From a virus, in IMG/VR virus record IMGVR_UViG_3300028025_002828, positions 7,293-71,292 of that record: a stretch of 64,000 nt of DNA. One strand, given 5' to 3'. Shown here piece by piece: positions 48,476-54,869 of this stretch (within the stretch, counting starts at the first letter, position 1; every line of letters begins with the position of its first letter). The position numbers were made by a program, and so were the translations under genes. The notes under the pieces are model-generated. The model was not told the origin of the DNA and ran no database searches. It saw only the letters and a program-made list of their open reading frames with translations.

Positions 48476-49477
48476 GTGAAAAAAACATTACTTGCTCTTG
48501 CGCTTGCTTCCTCATTCGCCTTTGCGGATGAGGTGACTGTAACAGGATATGGTAGCAACTATAATGCTGCTCTTGAAAATGCGAAGGTTGTTGCTCTTGA
48601 GAAGGGTGCGAGCACCTTTATCATTGCTGAATCAAACGCAAGGAATGGTAAGGTAGAAGAAAAGATTGACCAGTACAGTGGTGGTGTGATTAAATCTTAC
48701 AAGATTACCAATCACTACGCAACACCACTTGGCTATGAAGTTGTTATCGTTGCCGATGTAGTGCCTAAAAACAATACACGCAAACGAACTTCAACACCAC
48801 TTAATCTTGACTTTGAAGAGCATGACAAACGTGCTCGTATTGTGAATAGACTTGATAACATTGGCACAGCAGTTTATGCTAACATCGCAACACCAAACAC
48901 TAAGATTGGAAGTTACGAAACAACAGTTGCGACATCTATAGAGTTGACGTGGCAACCGAAATGGTTGTCTGATGTGAAGCAGTTTACATCAACGATTAAT
49001 GAACAGGGTAAGACTACTAGCAACACACATGAAAGTCTTGCTGGCGCAGCAACGACAGCGTTGATTGGTGTCAATCCATTGCTTGGAGCAATCGGATGGG
49101 AAGCGATGAAACCTGCGCCGATGAAAAATCAAGATAACATGATGGTATGCTTCGGAGCATATATTAAATCCAGTGTTGATTGTTTTAATCTTGATGTTGA
49201 TATGAGGATGCCAAGAAACCCAAAGATAGTTGTCGTTGGTAAAGTTCAAGGTAATGACATAATTATACATGAGCAATATCTTGAAGACTCTAGAATGTTT
49301 CAATGGGTCAACGCAGGTGATGCCAAGTACAATAGGTTTTTCCCAAAGTATAAAACAACATACAATCAACCTGCGCTTGTGATTTATGAGAACGAACGAC
49401 ACACTATACCAGTCAAATTCAACATAAGCAACGATCTTGCCAGACAGTTAGAAAGCACACAAGTTTATCTTAAATAA
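48476..49477 (+). CDS. secreted/periplasmic protein
   Basis: signal peptide AFA-DE. Confidence 0.7.
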   Translation: MKKTLLALALASSFAFADEVTVTGYGSNYNAALENAKVVALEKGASTFIIAESNARNGKVEEKIDQYSGGVIKSYKITNHYATPLGYEVVIVADVVPKNNTRKRTSTPLNLDFEEHDKRARIVNRLDNIGTAVYANIATPNTKIGSYETTVATSIELTWQPKWLSDVKQFTSTINEQGKTTSNTHESLAGAATTALIGVNPLLGAIGWEAMKPAPMKNQDNMMVCFGAYIKSSVDCFNLDVDMRMPRNPKIVVVGKVQGNDIIIHEQYLEDSRMFQWVNAGDAKYNRFFPKYKTTYNQPALVIYENERHTIPVKFNISNDLARQLESTQVYLK

Positions 49478-49640
49478 TGGAGAAAATTGATGAGAGAATA
49501 TTTTAAATATCTAAATGAATTGCGCGACAGCGGGACTACTAACATGTTTGGCGCTGGACCATACCTTCAAGATGAGTTTCAACTGAACCGAGAAGAAGCA
49601 AGAATGATTATCCTTGAGTGGATGAACAATCCAAGGAAAT

Positions 49641-50135
49641 ATGAATATGAAACAAAAGTGGATTGATGCATTTATGGACACTGCGGAGAGATTCGCAGAG
49701 TTGAGTTCTGCTGTCCGACTGAAGGTAGGTGCGGTAGTTGTTCAAGAAAATCGTATCATCTCGATTGGCTACAATGGTATGCCTTCTGGATGGACAAACG
49801 AATGTGAAAATAAGATTTATGTTGATGCAACATTAGAAGAATCAATGTTATATCAGAGCAAGGTAGATGTCTACCTTGATGTAAATAAAAAATTATATGA
49901 ATTAAAAACAAAAGATGAGGTTATTCATGCTGAAGCAAATGCTATATCGAAACTGGCACGTGATGGTGAGCGAGCAGCTGGTGCCACAATGTTTTGTACT
50001 CACGCACCTTGCATCCAATGCGCTAAAATCATTTACGGTGCTGGTATAAATACATTCTACTATCGTTCTCAATATCGAGACAATGACGGATTGGAGTTTT
50101 TAAAGAAATGCAATATTCAGGTAGAGCAATGTTAA
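49641..50135 (+). CDS. cd: dCMP deaminase
   Basis: HAEANAI, THAPCIQC, IGYNG. Confidence 0.9.
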   Translation: MNMKQKWIDAFMDTAERFAELSSAVRLKVGAVVVQENRIISIGYNGMPSGWTNECENKIYVDATLEESMLYQSKVDVYLDVNKKLYELKTKDEVIHAEANAISKLARDGERAAGATMFCTHAPCIQCAKIIYGAGINTFYYRSQYRDNDGLEFLKKCNIQVEQC

Positions 50136-50878
50136 TGTTGGCAGTGCGGACTAGTCTTAGTCTAGCATGTCATGTGTTTGTCATAATGATGCTGGTGTCA
50201 GCAGGTGTTTCATTTACTGCAGTTTTAATTGCCATCCCAATGATTTTAGTTGGTGGCTTTGCTGTCACAGGATTTTTACATAGATCTATTGCTCATAGAA
50301 CATACACAATCACCAAAGGGTGGTTAAGGAAAACGCTACTGTTCTCCTCGTTGTTCAGTTTAATCGGAACACCACTAGGATGGGCGATAGTGCATAGAAT
50401 GCATCACAGAAATCTAGATGGACCAGGAGATCCTCACAGTCCATGGCAGATAGGATTCTTTAGAAGTTACTGTCACTTGTGGCAACTCGATGAGAAGACA
50501 GTTGATCTTGGTGGGTGTCGAGATATCATAACCAACCGAGAGTTGTTGTTTTTCCACAAACACTGGTTGAAGATAACTCTTGTAATTTGGTTGACTTTTT
50601 ATATGATATGGGGTATGATAGGTCTATATGCGATAGGGTTAGCTGGTGTGTTTGCTTTCCATGCCTTTGGTGTTGCGAATGCGGTATGTCATTACGGAAG
50701 AGCAAGTGGTGATATCGTAGACCTACCTAAAATGAGTTGGCTAAACTTCGGTGAGAACTTTCATAGTTACCATCACAGTTTTCCTAGTGCGTATAGATTT
50801 ACTGCAACAAAATCAGACCCATCGGCAACTATCATTGAGTGGTTGATGAAAAATAATTTAGCAGTAGTTCGAAAGTGA
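50129..50878 (+). CDS. second membrane fatty-acid desaturase
   Basis: LHRSIAH, VHRMHH, GENFHSYHH; DPHSP. Confidence 0.85.
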   Translation: MLMLAVRTSLSLACHVFVIMMLVSAGVSFTAVLIAIPMILVGGFAVTGFLHRSIAHRTYTITKGWLRKTLLFSSLFSLIGTPLGWAIVHRMHHRNLDGPGDPHSPWQIGFFRSYCHLWQLDEKTVDLGGCRDIITNRELLFFHKHWLKITLVIWLTFYMIWGMIGLYAIGLAGVFAFHAFGVANAVCHYGRASGDIVDLPKMSWLNFGENFHSYHHSFPSAYRFTATKSDPSATIIEWLMKNNLAVVRK

Positions 50879-50889
50879 TCGATTTCTGT

Positions 50890-50897
50890 TATAAATA
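50890..50897 (+). promoter_or_regulatory. T4 late promoter upstream of the tRNA array
   Basis: TATAAATA. Confidence 0.55.
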
Positions 50898-50904
50898 GAT
50901 TTGT

Positions 50905-50968
50905 AACCCTACTAGTAGTAGGGTCTTCCAACAAAGTGCTTTACTTTAAATCAAAAAAGGTTTATACT
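50905..50968 (+). promoter_or_regulatory. sigma70 promoter with palindrome, driving the tRNA array
   Basis: AACCCTAC-TAGTA-GTAGGGTC, TTTACT(50940)-17-TATACT(50963). Confidence 0.8.
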
Positions 50969-50974
50969 TCTTTT

Positions 50975-51088
50975 ATGTTAAATTTTTCAATATCCTGTCA
51001 GAAACATCTACCACTCTTTAGTGGATGGACGATCTCACGCACAGGCTATGCGATTGAAAATAACGTGAGGGTTCGGCAAGTAAATTAA
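50975..51088 (+). CDS. candidate attenuator leader peptide (37 aa, leaderless)
   Basis: MLNFSISCQKHLPLFSGWTISRTGYAIENNVRVRQVN; ATG at the predicted +1; last codons overlap the antiterminator. Confidence 0.6.
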   Translation: MLNFSISCQKHLPLFSGWTISRTGYAIENNVRVRQVN

Positions 51089-51118
51089 CTGACACACCAG
51101 TTTACTTACCCAACCCTC
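51067..51118 (+). promoter_or_regulatory. antiterminator hairpin
   Basis: GAGGGTTcGGcAAGTAAAT pairs with GTTTACTTaCCcAACCCTC (17 of 19 pairs). Confidence 0.7.
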
Positions 51119-51149
51119 TAAGATGAAAGTCTAGAGGGTTTTTTGTTTT
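51112..51149 (+). terminator. intrinsic terminator upstream of the tRNA array
   Basis: AACCCTCTAaGAT-GAAA-GTCTAGAGGGTT followed by TTTTGTTTT. Confidence 0.85.
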
Positions 51150-51167
51150 AGGGCATCGTCCCAATCC

Positions 51168-51180
51168 TGTTCATTAAAAA
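51168..51180 (+). promoter_or_regulatory. boxA-like antitermination element
   Basis: TGTTCATTAAAAA versus rrn boxA TGCTCTTTAACAA, just before the first tRNA. Confidence 0.5.
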
Positions 51181-51198
51181 TTAGCGTACTAAAATTGT

Positions 51199-51272
51199 TC
51201 CCTGATAGTGTAGCGGTAACACAGTTGACTTTGACTCAACTATCGCAGGTTCGAATCCTGCTCGGGGTGCCA
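51199..51272 (+). tRNA. tRNA-Gln(UUG)
   Basis: cloverleaf, loop CTTTGAC, encoded CCA. Confidence 0.9.
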
Positions 51273-51276
51273 AAAT

Positions 51277-51350
51277 GGGGGTGAAACTTTAAGGTGAAGT
51301 AACTGGCTTTTAACCAGTAAAACTCGGATCGTTCCCGAGCACCCCTACCA
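51277..51350 (+). tRNA. tRNA-Lys(UUU), atypical T-loop
   Basis: ACTGG-CTTTTAA-CCAGT; T-loop ATCGTTC; CCA. Confidence 0.8.
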
Positions 51351-51363
51351 AGAATTCTTTGGT

Positions 51364-51437
51364 GTGACCATAACTTAATGGTAAAGTCGTGGATTGTGAT
51401 TCCGCTTATCTGGGTTCAATTCCCAGTGGTCACCCCA
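51364..51437 (+). tRNA. tRNA-His(GUG)
   Basis: loop TTGTGAT, C73, encoded base at -1 is T. Confidence 0.9.
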
Positions 51438-51446
51438 AAGAATTTT

Positions 51447-51521
51447 AGTGATATAGCAAAGTGGTAATGCGCTTCCTTCATACGGAAGTTACCGTAGGTT
51501 CGAATCCTACTATCACTACCA
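51447..51521 (+). tRNA. tRNA-Met(CAU)
   Basis: CTTCC-TTCATAC-GGAAG. Confidence 0.85.
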
Positions 51522-51526
51522 ACATC

Positions 51527-51601
51527 GGGCTGTTAGTATACGGGGTATTATTCCTGCCTTGCACGTAGGAGAAAAGGGTTCGAGTCCCTTACGGTCCACC
51601 A
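51527..51601 (+). tRNA. tRNA-Ala(UGC)
   Basis: loop CTTGCAC, G3:U70. Confidence 0.9.
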
Positions 51602-51606
51602 GTTAT

Positions 51607-51682
51607 TACCGTGTAGCTCAATTGGCAGAGCTCTGGTCTCCAAAACCAGCGGTTGGCGGTTCAACTCCGTTCACGGTAGCCA
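51607..51682 (+). tRNA. tRNA-Trp(CCA)
   Basis: loop CTCCAAA. Confidence 0.9.
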
Positions 51683-51688
51683 GATTAT

Positions 51689-51780
51689 GGAAGATGATGC
51701 AGGTGCGTTGGTGCGCCGACCAGCCTTGAAAACTGGGTTCTCAGAAATGGGATGGGGTTCGACTCCTCCGTCTTCCGCCA
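51689..51780 (+). tRNA. tRNA-Ser(UGA), non-canonical 8/4-type fold
   Basis: loop CTTGAAA, long V-arm, G73, possible 8-bp acceptor stem. Confidence 0.8.
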
Positions 51781-51789
51781 AAATTATGT

Positions 51790-51863
51790 GCCTCGTTAAC
51801 TCAGTGGTAGAGTGTCTCTTTTACACGGAGAAGGTCGGCAGTTCGAATCTGTCACGAGGTACC
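51790..51863 (+). tRNA. tRNA-Val(UAC)
   Basis: loop TTTACAC. Confidence 0.9.
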
Positions 51864-51871
51864 AAAATTTT

Positions 51872-51947
51872 ACCGAGGTAGCTCAGTTGGTAGAGCACTT
51901 GTTTGAAGCACAAGGTGTGGGCGGTTCGATCCCGTCTCTCGGTACCA
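51872..51947 (+). tRNA. tRNA-Phe(GAA)
   Basis: loop TTGAAGC. Confidence 0.9.
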
Positions 51948-51955
51948 AAAGTTAT

Positions 51956-52030
51956 TGCCGTGTAGCTCAGAGGAAGAGCAATCGCTTGATAAGCGATAGG
52001 TCGACATTTCAAAATTGTCCATGGCAACCA
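51956..52030 (+). tRNA. tRNA-Ile(GAU)
   Basis: loop TTGATAA; divergent T-arm. Confidence 0.85.
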
Positions 52031-52035
52031 GTTAT

Positions 52036-52112
52036 ATCCCAATGGCGCAATTGGTAGACGCACCTCTCTCAAAAGGAGGGTGTTGAGAGTTCGAGTCTCT
52101 CTTGGGATACCA
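52036..52112 (+). tRNA. tRNA-Leu(CAA), short variable loop
   Basis: loop CTCAAAA. Confidence 0.85.
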
Positions 52113-52117
52113 GATTT

Positions 52118-52193
52118 ACCTCATTAGTAAAATGGAAGATTACACTGTGCTACGAACGCAGGGGTGGAGGTTCGATTCCTTCATGAGGTGCCA
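52118..52193 (+). tRNA. tRNA-Arg(ACG)
   Basis: loop CTACGAA. Confidence 0.9.
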
Positions 52194-52199
52194 GAGTTA

Positions 52200-52289
52200 G
52201 GAAGATGGGCAGGACGGTAATGCAGCAGTTTGCTAAACTGTAGATTCACGGAAGTGGGTCATAGGGTTCGATTCCCTAATCTTCCACCA
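52200..52289 (+). tRNA. tRNA-Ser(GCU)
   Basis: loop TTGCTAA, long V-arm. Confidence 0.9.
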
Positions 52290-52290
52290 G

Positions 52291-52319
52291 TTGACATTAA
52301 ATATGAAGTGAGTTATGAT
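52291..52319 (+). promoter_or_regulatory. internal sigma70 promoter in the tRNA array
   Basis: TTGACA-17-TATGAT. Confidence 0.65.
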
Positions 52320-52328
52320 AGTAATAGA

Positions 52329-52405
52329 GCGGATGTGACGGAATTGGTATACGTATCAGACTTAAAATCTGAGTTCTGTGGGTTCGACTCCCACCATCCG
52401 CACCA
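52329..52405 (+). tRNA. tRNA-Leu(UAA), short variable loop
   Basis: loop CTTAAAA. Confidence 0.85.
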
Positions 52406-52412
52406 AAGATAG

Positions 52413-52487
52413 GGGCTGGTAGCTTAATGGTAAAGCAGTGAACTCATAATTCATTGAGTCCTGGTTCAATTCCAGGTCAGCCCACCA
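52413..52487 (+). tRNA. tRNA with CAU anticodon (probably Ile2, lysidine type)
   Basis: loop CTCATAA, GGGC acceptor start. Confidence 0.75.
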
Positions 52488-52504
52488 AACAGAAAGGATA
52501 GGAA

Positions 52505-53068
52505 ATGAATGTTCTAGCACTAGACCAAAGTGGAATGCCACGGAAGTGGATAAATTTTGAAGATGCTGTTACATATCAAGCAAAGGGTATGGTAAATTGG
52601 TCACTTGGCGAAACGATTAAAGTGTTTCGTGGTGGTCACAATGATCAAGGAATTCAATCAGTAATTAGCATACCATCTATCATCGCTGTTCGTGGGTCTT
52701 CATTGAAGATGAGTGGTAAAGTTATTTTGACAAACAAATCTCTATTCAGTAGAGATAGAAATCTTTGCGCATACTGTGGTGATACATTTTCATTGTCGCA
52801 TCTTTCGCGTGATCATGTTATGCCAAAGTGTGAGGGTGGTAGAGATGTATGGACAAATGTTGTTACTGCGTGTAAACCTTGTAACATAAAGAAGGGTCGT
52901 AAGATCTTAGAGACTACTACTATGAAACTTCTCTATGTTCCGTATGAGCCGAATCATTTTGAAAACATGATTCTGATGAATAGAAATATTCTTGCTGATC
53001 AGATGGAATATTTGATGTCGGGTGTTCCGAAAAATAGTAGAGTACGAAAAGATGTGGGTGTGCACTGA
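52505..53068 (+). CDS. HNH endonuclease
   Basis: CAYCG, DHVMPK..GG, NVVTACKPCNIKKG. Confidence 0.9.
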   Translation: MNVLALDQSGMPRKWINFEDAVTYQAKGMVNWSLGETIKVFRGGHNDQGIQSVISIPSIIAVRGSSLKMSGKVILTNKSLFSRDRNLCAYCGDTFSLSHLSRDHVMPKCEGGRDVWTNVVTACKPCNIKKGRKILETTTMKLLYVPYEPNHFENMILMNRNILADQMEYLMSGVPKNSRVRKDVGVH

Positions 53069-53129
53069 ATGGTTAGGTAGCTGATTGCAAATCAGTTTAA
53101 TGCAGGTTCGAGTCCTGTCACCCACTCCA
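53054..53129 (+). tRNA. tRNA-Cys(GCA)
   Basis: loop TTGCAAA, U73; overlaps the end of the HNH ORF. Confidence 0.85.
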
Positions 53130-53136
53130 AAGGTTT

Positions 53137-53201
53137 AACCCTACTCACTGTAGGGGCTTCCAAAGATAATGTTTGACATTAAATAGAGGTTCATGTATAA
53201 T
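53137..53201 (+). promoter_or_regulatory. sigma70 promoter with palindrome (second tRNA block)
   Basis: AACCCTAC-TCACT-GTAGGGGC, TTGACA(53173)-17-TATAAT. Confidence 0.8.
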
Positions 53202-53249
53202 TACTATATTGAGTTGAAAATGCTTGATGATGTGAAAATAAACACCACT

Positions 53250-53429
53250 TGGCGACCACTGAGGAACAGTGGTAAAACCAAAGACCCATGCCAACATGGG
53301 TCCACCGAGTGTAAGACAGAGGGATCGGATCCCCGAGGTCGCCAGTTGAAAAATTGCTGGCAAATGTTCTTTAAAAAGGTATGCGGTTTCGTGATTGTCT
53401 GCCACGTCGGGAGACGTTAAAACAATCAC
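53250..53429 (+). ncRNA. structured leader with boxB/boxA-like elements
   Basis: several GC-rich hairpins; GCCAG-TTGAAAAATTG-CTGGC then TGTTCTTTAAAAA. Confidence 0.5.
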
Positions 53430-53434
53430 ACTTT

Positions 53435-53509
53435 GCACGATTCGTCTATCGGTTAGGACACATGGTTTTCATCCATGTAAGAGCGGTTCGACTCCGCTAT
53501 CGTGTACCA
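53435..53509 (+). tRNA. tRNA-Glu(UUC)
   Basis: loop TTTTCAT. Confidence 0.9.
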
Positions 53510-53510
53510 G

Positions 53511-53762
53511 ATTTAATTGCATTGGGTTGCCAAGCCAGTAGGTGATCTAGGAGAGGATAACCAATCGACGGATTGGCTCTCGCTAGGTTACATGAAAGAT
53601 GGAAACGAAGTGGAGTTCTACAGGGATGTAGAATGATGAAGCGGATACGGTGGTCACGCTGGAACAACTTGAATTGTAATGTGAGAAAGCAGCCAATCGT
53701 AGGACGGCTACGTGGGCATCCGAGAACTCGGGATGCTGCTGATCATCCCAGTGTAATTAAAT
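53511..53762 (+). ncRNA. unknown structured RNA (about 250 nt)
   Basis: closing stem ATTTAATTGCATTGGG/CCCAGTGTAATTAAAT with internal hairpins. Confidence 0.6.
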
Positions 53763-53918
53763 GTGGTATTAGTTTAGTGTTATCAAGGTATCGTCATAAG
53801 ACGTTATGACTACTCGACAGTTAGGGTGCGACTGAAACTGTCTGATATAACTGCTATTCGCTTGTCAGTGCTAGCTACATTGTTGACAAATAGGCAGATA
53901 ACACTAAACTAATATCAT
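53763..53918 (+). ncRNA. unknown structured RNA (about 155 nt)
   Basis: 22-bp closing stem GTGGTATTAGTTTAGTGTTATC/GATAACACTAAACTAATATCAT around three hairpins. Confidence 0.65.
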
Positions 53919-54010
53919 GCGTGAACGGTAACGATGGTGGTGTTGCAGCAGACTGTAAATCTGTTCCCTCTGGGTAAACAATGGTGGTTCGAATCCATCT
54001 TCACGCACCA
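53919..54010 (+). tRNA. tRNA-Tyr(GUA)
   Basis: loop CTGTAAA, long V-arm. Confidence 0.85.
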
Positions 54011-54017
54011 AATGTTA

Positions 54018-54092
54018 GGCTCGTTCGTATAATGGTCATTACGTCGGATTGTCTATCCGATCATGGGAGTTCGATTCTCCCACGAGTCGCCA
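54018..54092 (+). tRNA. tRNA-Asp(GUC)
   Basis: loop TTGTCTA. Confidence 0.9.
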
Positions 54093-54101
54093 AGTTTTTA
54101 T

Positions 54102-54175
54102 AGCGGATTAGAGAAATGGTATCTCAGCAGTCTCATACGCTGCAGTTGGTGGTTCGACTCCATCATCCGCAACCA
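54102..54175 (+). tRNA. tRNA-Met(CAU), initiator-like
   Basis: 1:72 A.A mismatch, loop CTCATAC. Confidence 0.75.
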
Positions 54176-54183
54176 GTTAGTCA

Positions 54184-54257
54184 GCCCTATTAGTATAATG
54201 GTATTACACCTGTTTTGTAATCAGGTTACGGCAGTTCGATTCTGTCATGGGGCACCA
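54184..54257 (+). tRNA. tRNA-Thr(UGU)
   Basis: loop TTTGTAA. Confidence 0.9.
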
Positions 54258-54291
54258 TTCGTTTGTTTTGATTTTTAGTATAGGAAAGAAA

Positions 54292-54864
54292 ATGGAAAAA
54301 GTTACACTTCGTAAAGCAAATGCAATTCAAGGCGAGATCCGTAGATTGATCGCAAGTAAAAATGCTAGTGAATCAATTAGCATCACGGAATTCACTGCAG
54401 ATGTTGCAGAAGTTCTTGAGAAAGCAATGGATAATTTTGCTGTTGATGTTACACGTAAGGTAGCATTAAACACAGCATTGTATAACATTCGTAAGAGTGT
54501 TTCTCGGGCAAATGCCACTTCTGGCATCAGCGATCTACTTGCTGATATTGAGTTGATCGATGCAACTATGGCAATCTACAGTGGCATTAGCACTAAAGAA
54601 GTAGCTAAGTCTTTGACTGAGATTAATGCACGTGTTGAGAAAGTTAAAGCAGCACCAGCAGAAACACGTATGTATGGTCGTTACGATAATGTTGAAACAT
54701 CTGTTGTTGAACAGAGCACTATCGACATTGCCAAAGATACAGTTAAAAAATTAAAACGTGAGAAGCAAAATGCTTCTGACAAACTATTGACGTTGAATGT
54801 CAATACAACAATTGACATCTCTGATGTCGATGCGATGGTTTTGAAAGTAGAAGGTATTATTTAA
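54292..54864 (+). CDS. coiled-coil hypothetical protein within the tRNA array
   Basis: SD AGGA; MEKVTLRKANAIQ...KLLTLNVNTTI. Confidence 0.75.
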   Translation: MEKVTLRKANAIQGEIRRLIASKNASESISITEFTADVAEVLEKAMDNFAVDVTRKVALNTALYNIRKSVSRANATSGISDLLADIELIDATMAIYSGISTKEVAKSLTEINARVEKVKAAPAETRMYGRYDNVETSVVEQSTIDIAKDTVKKLKREKQNASDKLLTLNVNTTIDISDVDAMVLKVEGII

Positions 54865-54869
54865 GTTTT

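Noticed and set aside
50975-51149. T-box riboswitch as the explanation of the tRNA leader
   Set aside because: No T-box bulge (UGGNACC) or stem I motifs are visible; a leader-peptide model fits better.
51689-51780. Selenocysteine or opal-suppressor tRNA
   Set aside because: The anticodon reads UGA (Ser), not UCA, and no in-frame stops were seen in conserved genes.
53259-53265. Hammerhead ribozyme core (CTGAGGA)
   Set aside because: No correctly placed GAAA with three-stem geometry; the motif sits within a simple hairpin.
51687-54278. Short ORFs over tRNAs and ncRNAs (51687, 51812, 52230, 53193, 53573, 54063)
   Set aside because: They overlap clear RNA genes or structured RNAs and lack convincing SD sequences or typical codon usage.
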